Made by a program: the position numbers and the translations under genes. The notes beneath the pieces are model-generated. The model ran no database searches. It was not told the origin of the DNA and was given only the letters and a program-made list of their open reading frames with translations. Of a stretch of 64,000 bases of DNA, positions 56,437 through 64,000 are shown one piece after another; position 1 is the first letter of the stretch; each line of letters begins with the position of its first letter. This DNA comes from an uncultured delta proteobacterium (lineage in GTDB: Bacteria > Myxococcota_A > Polyangia > Palsa-1104): NCBI GenBank assembly GCA_963785725.1, contig CAWAWS010000017.1:64001-128000 (forward strand). The letters are read 5' to 3'.

Positions 56437-57171
56437 ATGACGAACGCCGCCGCCGACCGCAAGCCCGACTACGACCAGCTTCTCGACGTCGAAGCCGCCA
56501 ACGACGTCTTCCGCTGCTCGCCTGACGATCCGATCGCCGGCATGGCCCTCGTTCGTCAGATTGCCGCGTCGGTCGCGCGCCGTCTGCCCAGCCACGTCGA
56601 CCGCGACGAGCTGGTGGGGCTCGGTACGCTCGGGTGGGCGGAAGCCCGTCAGCGCTTCGACGCCACGCGCGGCGTCCCGTTCGCCGGCTTCGCCGCCGCC
56701 CGCATCCGCGGCGCCATCCTCGACGGTCTGCGCCGCGCCGACACGCTCTCCCGCGGTGACCGCCGCCGCGCTCAGCGCGACTCGGCGCCCGCGCTGCCGC
56801 GCATCGTCTCGGATCCGGCCGAAGTGGAAGCGGCCATGGACCGCTCGTCGGACGACGGCGACGTCAGCGACGTCCTCGCGCAGCAGGAGATGGTCGACGA
56901 GCTCCGCGTGGCGATGACCAAGCTGCCCGAGCGCGAGCGTCTGGTTCTGCTCCGCCACTTCTTCGACGACGTTCCGATGCGCGTCATCGGCGCCGAGCTG
57001 GGCGTGACCGAGTCGCGCGTCAGCCAGATCGCCACCGCCGCCGTCGAGAAGCTGCGCGGCACGTTCGGAATCGCCGTCCTGCCGCGCAAGAAGACGCGCA
57101 AGACCGTCGAGAAGAAGAGCGGCAAGGTCGCCGCCGTTGCTACCGCCGTCTCGGCCTCGAAGGCCGCTTAA
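56437..57171 (+). CDS. FliA/WhiG (sigma28)-like sigma factor, short
   Basis: RRLPSHVDRDELVGLGTLG, FAAARIRGAILDGLRRAD, LPERERLVL...IGAELGVTESRVSQI. Confidence 0.88.
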   Translation: MTNAAADRKPDYDQLLDVEAANDVFRCSPDDPIAGMALVRQIAASVARRLPSHVDRDELVGLGTLGWAEARQRFDATRGVPFAGFAAARIRGAILDGLRRADTLSRGDRRRAQRDSAPALPRIVSDPAEVEAAMDRSSDDGDVSDVLAQQEMVDELRVAMTKLPERERLVLLRHFFDDVPMRVIGAELGVTESRVSQIATAAVEKLRGTFGIAVLPRKKTRKTVEKKSGKVAAVATAVSASKAA

Positions 57172-57185
57172 GGAAAATTCGAGTG

Positions 57186-57524
57186 ATGCGCGCACATCCA
57201 CGCTGGGTCCTGCATGCCGCGGTCGACGTCGAGAGCGAGGACAACCTCTACGCCGGCCTTTCCTACGACGTGAGCGAAGGTGGAGTGTTCGTCGCCACGC
57301 TGGCTTCGCCGCCCGTCGGCACGAACGTCGACGTCAAAGTGATCTTGCCCGACGGCTCGAAGCTCGAGCTCACGGGAACGGTGCGCTGGGTGCGCGACGT
57401 GCGCCAGGCGAGCCAAGGTTTGCCGCCCGGTTGCGGCATCCAGTGGGACCATTTGCCGATGGAGGCACTGCGGGTTCTGCTCCATTTCGCCGAGCTTCGC
57501 GAACCGATCTTGTATGAAACGTGA
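57186..57524 (+). CDS. Myxobacterial TIGR02266-type PilZ protein
   Basis: RAHPR, ESEDNLYAG, DVSEGGVFVAT, GTVRWVR, PPGCGIQW. Confidence 0.85.
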   Translation: MRAHPRWVLHAAVDVESEDNLYAGLSYDVSEGGVFVATLASPPVGTNVDVKVILPDGSKLELTGTVRWVRDVRQASQGLPPGCGIQWDHLPMEALRVLLHFAELREPILYET

Positions 57525-57531
57525 GGAGACC

Positions 57532-58692
57532 ATGAACTCGCCCGTAGAGCTCGTCGCCGCGTCGCTGACGTCGGGCGGTGTGGACGCCCACGCCGGCCTC
57601 ATCTTGTTGGTCGACGACGAGCCGCTCCTCTTGCGCGCCTATTCGCGCGTGCTGTCTTCGGCCGGCTTCCAGGTGATCACGGCCGACAGCGGCGAGGCCG
57701 CGCTCGTCAAACAGCGCGAGCATGCCTTCGATAGCGTGTTCCTCGATCTCGGTCTGCCCGGCGCCAGCGGTCTCGAGGTCGCGCACGCGATCCACGATCG
57801 CGATCCCAGGCTGCCGGTCGTGCTCATGACCGGCGCGCCGTCGCTGGAGTCGGCCATCGGCGCGGTTTCGGCCGGTGCGCGGCGCTATCTCGTCAAGCCC
57901 ATCGAGTCGCCCAATTTATTGTCGGCCGCGCGCGAAGCGGTCTCGGAGCATCAGCAGAAGGAGCGCGAGCGTAAGGAGCTGCATCTGCCCGACGGCGCGC
58001 AGCTCGATCGCGCCATCGAGCAGCTGTTCATGGTGTATCAGCCGATCGTCAGCTGGACGCGACGGCAGCTGTTCGCCTATGAAGCCTTGGTCCGTACGCG
58101 CGAGAAGTCGGTGCCGCATCCGGGCGCGTTGATCGATCTGGCACAAAAGTGCAATCGCCTCGACGAGCTGGGTCGCCGCATCCGCGCCGCCGCCGGGCCG
58201 CAAGCGCCCAACGCGCCGCTCTTGTTCGTGAACCTACATCCGGCCGATCTGCTCGACGACGATCTGTACGACGCGGCGGCGCCTTTGTCGCAGTCGGCGC
58301 GGCGCGTCGTGCTCGAAGTGACCGAGCGCGCCGGCCTCGACGCGATCGCCGACCTGCAGGAACGTTTGGGCCGGCTGCGTCGTCTTGGTTATCGCGTGGC
58401 CATCGACGACTTGGGCGAGGGCTATTCGGGTCTGACGTCGCTGGCGCGGGTGCAGCCGGAGTTCGTCAAGCTCGACATGTCGCTCGTGCGCAACGTCGAC
58501 AAATCGCAGGCGCAGCGGCAGATCGTCCGCTCGACTCTGCGGCTGTGCCGGGAATTGCGCTGCCGCGTCATCGCCGAAGGCGTCGAGACGACGGCCGAGC
58601 GCGACGCATTGGCCGACCTCGGCTGTGACCTCTTACAAGGCTATCTTTTCGCACGCCCGGCCGCAGAACTGGCGTCGCCAGTACTGCGTTAA
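57532..58692 (+). CDS. Response regulator with EAL c-di-GMP phosphodiesterase domain (start 57514 or 57532)
   Basis: LVDDEP, FLDLGLP; YQPIV, YEALVR, LFVNL, LEVTE, IDDLGEGYS, VKLD, AEGVE, LLQGYLF. Confidence 0.93.
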   Translation: MNSPVELVAASLTSGGVDAHAGLILLVDDEPLLLRAYSRVLSSAGFQVITADSGEAALVKQREHAFDSVFLDLGLPGASGLEVAHAIHDRDPRLPVVLMTGAPSLESAIGAVSAGARRYLVKPIESPNLLSAAREAVSEHQQKERERKELHLPDGAQLDRAIEQLFMVYQPIVSWTRRQLFAYEALVRTREKSVPHPGALIDLAQKCNRLDELGRRIRAAAGPQAPNAPLLFVNLHPADLLDDDLYDAAAPLSQSARRVVLEVTERAGLDAIADLQERLGRLRRLGYRVAIDDLGEGYSGLTSLARVQPEFVKLDMSLVRNVDKSQAQRQIVRSTLRLCRELRCRVIAEGVETTAERDALADLGCDLLQGYLFARPAAELASPVLR

Positions 58693-58722
58693 CGTGGCGG
58701 GCTTGGTATCCTGTTCACGACA

Positions 58723-60237
<1,515 letters not shown>

Positions 60238-60379
60238 TCGCGCCTTCTGCCTTCGTCCTAGCGCTAACCGACTCCGTTACACGCTTAAAAGTGACAATCG
60301 CGTGCGGCATTTTGTCGCATTGCGAGCGCAAACCGTTAAGGTTAGTCGTAAATGCGGGACGAGTAGTTCCCCGATAGCC

Positions 60380-61402
60380 ATGACGCGCCCGATCGCCTTC
60401 ATTCTCGCCGCGGCCACGTTGTTGGTGGCGCTCGCCGTCGCGATCAGCGAGCGGCGCGTGTCGGCGGCGTTCGACGCGGTGCGCCAGGAGAACGAGGCGG
60501 CCTTCGACCGTCGCGCAGCGGACGCGACCGCGGCGGCCACACCGATGACGCGCGCGGCGGTGGACGAGCTCGCGGCGCAGGCGAATCGGCGCCTCGAGAC
60601 GGCGGAGCGCGAGGCCACGTCGACGCTGCGGCTGGCGCTGCTCTTCTCGGCGACGTTGACGCTGCTTCTGGGGCTCGGCCTGTCGCTGCGGCTGATTCGG
60701 CAGGCCAAGCGGCTGGCGACCGCGGCCGAACGCATCGCGCGCGGCCACCTCGACGCGGCGGTTCCGCCGTCGACGGGCGCGCTCGGGCAGCTGGCCCCGG
60801 CCGTGAAGCGCACGGCGGCGGCGCTGGCGCGGCGCGAGCGTGAGAGCGAGGCGCTGGTCGCGCTGGCGGCGCTGCCGGCGTCGATCGCCGTCGATGATGA
60901 CGCGACCGACCTGCCGGCGGCGATCGATGCGGCGCAGCTGCAGCGCCTGCTCGAAGACGTGCGCCGCACCATCGCCGGCGTGCTCGACGTGCGCGCGCTG
61001 ACGCTGGTGGCCGTCGACGGCGAGCACGTGCAGCGGCTGGGCACGTCGCAGACCGAGCGCCGCGATGTGCACTACGCGCGCGCCGGCTCGGCCGTGGCCG
61101 CGATGCTGGCGCGCGGCGACGCCATCGTCTTCGACGTCGATCGCGGCGTGCATCCCGAAGACGCTACGGCCCGTGCCGCCGGTGCGCGCGCCTATGCCGT
61201 CGTGCCGCTCGACGCGGCCGCGCCGGTGGCGCAGGGCGCGCTCGTCGTCGACCTCGGGCTGTGCGCGGTCGCGGTCGCCGAATTGCGCTTCTTGGGCCTC
61301 GTCGCGCACGAGCTGGCCGCGCGCTTGACCGCGCTGCAAGTCGCCGGCGCGGCGGTCGAAGCCCGCGCACCCAAGCTCGGCCGCACGGCGCGGAGCACGT
61401 AG
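60380..61402 (+). CDS. Membrane protein with HAMP and GAF-like domains, no output domain
   Basis: Two hydrophobic helices; RLATAAERIARGHLD...GALGQLA HAMP-like; RAYAVVPL...GALVVD GAF-like. Confidence 0.6.
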   Translation: MTRPIAFILAAATLLVALAVAISERRVSAAFDAVRQENEAAFDRRAADATAAATPMTRAAVDELAAQANRRLETAEREATSTLRLALLFSATLTLLLGLGLSLRLIRQAKRLATAAERIARGHLDAAVPPSTGALGQLAPAVKRTAAALARRERESEALVALAALPASIAVDDDATDLPAAIDAAQLQRLLEDVRRTIAGVLDVRALTLVAVDGEHVQRLGTSQTERRDVHYARAGSAVAAMLARGDAIVFDVDRGVHPEDATARAAGARAYAVVPLDAAAPVAQGALVVDLGLCAVAVAELRFLGLVAHELAARLTALQVAGAAVEARAPKLGRTARST

Positions 61403-61404
61403 CC

Positions 61405-62496
61405 TTGGCGCACATCCTCGTCGTCGACGATATGGAGCAGAACCGCGATCTGCTGCGCATTTTCCTGTCGTCCGACGGCCACGACATCACCGAAGCGGCG
61501 TCGGGCGAAGAGGCGCTCTTGCGCGCCGAGGAGTCGCTGCCGGATCTGGCGCTGCTCGACATCATGATGCCGGGGCTCAACGGCTTCGAGACGGCGGTGC
61601 GCCTGAAGCGGCTCGCCGGCGACGACTTCTTGCCGGTGCTGCTCGTGTCGTCGCTGCAAGATCCGTCGTCGCGCATCCTCGGCCTCAAGATGGGCGCCGA
61701 CGACTTCCTGTCGAAGCCGCTCGATCGCTCGGAGCTGCGCGCGCGCGTCACCAATCTACTGACGCTGCGCTCGAAGTCACGCGAGCTGCGCGCGCGCAAC
61801 CAGGAGCTGCTGGAGCTGCAGCACTTTCGCGACGAGATGTCGGCGCTGCTCGTGCACGATCTGAAGAATCCGATCAGCATCGTGCTCGCCAACGTCGAGT
61901 TCGTCGGGAAATCGCCGCGGTTGAACAGCGAGGAGCGCGAGGCGGTCGACGACGCGCGCATCGCCGGCTATCGCACGCTGCGGCTGCTGGCCAACCTGCT
62001 CGACATCACGCGCTCGGAAGCGGGACGGCTGGTGTTGCGGCGCGCGCGCTTGCCGCTGCGCGAGCTGGTGGCGCCGATCATCGAGCGCTATCAGCGGCTG
62101 GCAGGCGCGCGCAACGTCACCATGGCGCTCGAGATCGACGGCGCGATCGAGGTCGACGTCGACGCCGATCTGCTCACGCGCGTGGTCGAGAACATCCTCG
62201 ACAACAGCCTGCGCTTCACGCCGCACGACGGCCGCATCGTGCTCGGCGCGCAGGCGGTCGTCGACGGCGCCGGCACCGTCGTCTTCAGCATCGGCAACAC
62301 CGGGCCGGCCATCCCCGTCGCCGCACGCGAGCGCATCTTCGACAAGTTCGCCCAAGGCGACTCCAACTTGCGCCGCAGCAACATCGGCCTCGGGCTCTAC
62401 TTCTGCCGCCTCGTCGCCGAAGCCCACGGCGGCCGCATCCGCGTCGACGAGACCGCCGCGCTGCCGACGCTGTTCGTCCTCACGCTGCCGAGCTGA
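61405..62496 (+). CDS. Hybrid histidine kinase REC-HisKA-HATPase
   Basis: TTG start with GGAG RBS; ILVVDD, LLDIMMP, VHDLKNP, NILDNSLRF, GLGLYFC. Confidence 0.92.
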   Translation: MAHILVVDDMEQNRDLLRIFLSSDGHDITEAASGEEALLRAEESLPDLALLDIMMPGLNGFETAVRLKRLAGDDFLPVLLVSSLQDPSSRILGLKMGADDFLSKPLDRSELRARVTNLLTLRSKSRELRARNQELLELQHFRDEMSALLVHDLKNPISIVLANVEFVGKSPRLNSEEREAVDDARIAGYRTLRLLANLLDITRSEAGRLVLRRARLPLRELVAPIIERYQRLAGARNVTMALEIDGAIEVDVDADLLTRVVENILDNSLRFTPHDGRIVLGAQAVVDGAGTVVFSIGNTGPAIPVAARERIFDKFAQGDSNLRRSNIGLGLYFCRLVAEAHGGRIRVDETAALPTLFVLTLPS

Positions 62497-62727
62497 TCAC
62501 CAGTCGCCGGCGCCGCCGAAGTCGGGTTGGTTGGTGATGATGAGCCGATCGCCCGCGAGCACGGCGTCGCGGCCGGAGCGCAGCTTGAGTCACCTCCGGC
62601 GCCAGCCATTGCACGCGTCAGACCACGCGCAACTGCACGGCTGACGAGGATTTACGCGGCGGACGGTGTTGGCGGCGGGACGGCTGTCGGCGCGGCTGAC
62701 GACAGGTGCGGCGATCACACGCGGAGC

Positions 62728-64000
62728 TTAGGGGTGGTCGTGCAGCAGCTTCTCGGCGGTCGTAAAGCGCGGCGCGATGTCGACCGGCAGCTGCTTCAGC
62801 CGATCGAGCACGCGCTGCACCTCCGGCCGCACGACGCCCATCGTGTCGAGCAGCTTGCGCGCGCCGGCGCCGTCGCCTTGGCCTTCGAGCGTCAACAGCT
62901 TGCCCGACAGCGCGATCACCGCCTGCTTGAACTTGGCCGCGTCGACGGTGAACGCGCCGTCGACGACGCTGACGGCGCCGGCGTCGAGGAACGTGTTGAG
63001 CTGCAGCGCCGTGCCCTTGCCGTGCGCCTCGGCCACGCCGAAGCGTACGCTGCGGAACAGCTCGGCCAGATACGTCGCCGGCAGCGTGCGCGCCATCGAC
63101 TTGTCGATGACGCCCTTGTCGACGAGATATTGCAGCGCGAACAGGCCCGACACGTCGGCCTTGGCCTCCTCGATGGCGCTCGCCGACTCCTGCAGCTCCT
63201 GCCGCGGCGTCGTCTGCCGGCCGTTGACGACGATGTTGTGCGGCCCCAACCCGTGCATCAGCTCGTGCATCAAGATGTGCGTAAAGAAGGCGTCGAAGGC
63301 GACGTTCTTCTGATCGGCCGGCGTCAGCGCGATCTTGGCGATCGGCGTCAACATCACCTTGAACTTGGCCTCCTGCACGTTCTTCAACATGACGCGCTTG
63401 GTGCCCTTTTCCTTGGCGATGCGCTCGTCGTTCGGCAGGTTGTAGGCCGCCGTCTGCACGCCGTGGCTGGCATCGCCCGAGCAAAACAGCTCGTTGACGA
63501 CGACGATCGGCGCCAGCGCGCCCAGCTTCGGATTGCGCAGCTTCGGATCGATCGGCAGATGATCCTCGATGTCCTGCAGCTGCGCCGAGAACTTCTGCAG
63601 CTTCTTGCTCTCGGCGTCGTCGCGCACGGTGATGTAGGCCTCGAAGGCCGCTTTGTCGCCGAACCAATCGTCGCCGTAGGTCTCGTACGGTCCGATCGTC
63701 GGATCGACGGTCGCGTCGAGGTTCATCCAGGCGACGTCGCTCTCGTAATAGTCGTTGCTGCCAAAGGCGCGCGCCCGCGATTGCAGGAACGTCTTGAGCG
63801 TCGGCTGCGTCGTCAGCTTGGCCGCGTCGTTCAAGAGCGCCGCCGCCGCCATCAGCTCGTTCTGATATTCGACGCTATACGGCACCGTGATCAGCTTGCC
63901 GCTCGGCGCGCGACGGACGACGGTGTAAAACCCCTCCGCTTGCGCGCGCTCGGTCGGCGGCAGCGCCTTCATCCACGCGTCCACCTCGGCCTTGGTCGCG
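62728..64000 (-). CDS. Peptidase M49 (dipeptidyl peptidase III-like), 5' end outside window
   Basis: IGPYETYGD, AAYNLPNDER, KRVMLKNV, HELMHGLGP, IEEAKAD. Confidence 0.88.
   Translation of the reverse strand, partial: ATKAEVDAWMKALPPTERAQAEGFYTVVRRAPSGKLITVPYSVEYQNELMAAAALLNDAAKLTTQPTLKTFLQSRARAFGSNDYYESDVAWMNLDATVDPTIGPYETYGDDWFGDKAAFEAYITVRDDAESKKLQKFSAQLQDIEDHLPIDPKLRNPKLGALAPIVVVNELFCSGDASHGVQTAAYNLPNDERIAKEKGTKRVMLKNVQEAKFKVMLTPIAKIALTPADQKNVAFDAFFTHILMHELMHGLGPHNIVVNGRQTTPRQELQESASAIEEAKADVSGLFALQYLVDKGVIDKSMARTLPATYLAELFRSVRFGVAEAHGKGTALQLNTFLDAGAVSVVDGAFTVDAAKFKQAVIALSGKLLTLEGQGDGAGARKLLDTMGVVRPEVQRVLDRLKQLPVDIAPRFTTAEKLLHDHP

Noticed and set aside
60238..60379. c-di-GMP-I riboswitch (GCAAAC...GGGACG resemblance, near PilZ/EAL genes)
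   Set aside because: No properly closed GNRA hairpin and no GCAAA/P3 tetraloop-receptor stem. An Infernal search with RF01051 would settle it.

Overview
High-GC (~70%) bacterial DNA, almost certainly Myxococcota. Markers are a MYXO-CTERM-like tail, TIGR02266-type PilZ protein, FHA-sigma54 activator with Ser/Thr kinase, and zf-HC2 anti-sigma. Many single-base frameshifts in conserved genes look like long-read errors. Gene order: rlmN-ndk-sucDC; YceI; TetR-EmrB-EmrA-TolC efflux operon; aldonolactone-oxidase-like enzyme; M48 peptidase; ECF/anti-sigma pair; ppa, ligA, NarL-type regulator, kinases, Ppx-like and RCC1 proteins; a complete ilvD-(small ORF)-ilvBN-ilvC-leuA-leuCD-cimA-leuB operon behind an unannotated Leu/Ile/Val leader-peptide attenuator; GH5; rhlE; a FleQ-like bEBP / sigma54 / sigma28-like / PilZ / EAL signalling island; and a partial DPP III-like peptidase. 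Best candidate for a new system: a tightly coupled six-gene envelope operon at 45675-50320 (Tat-lipoprotein Rieske, CX4CH lipoprotein, DUF4266, DUF3570, beta-barrel-like protein, Reeler-like CXXCH MYXO-CTERM protein). It lies behind a perfect 7-1-7 Fur-type palindrome, which suggests iron-regulated surface redox or metal uptake. No tRNA, rRNA, CRISPR array or mobile element was seen. Family assignments come from motif recognition, not from database searches.
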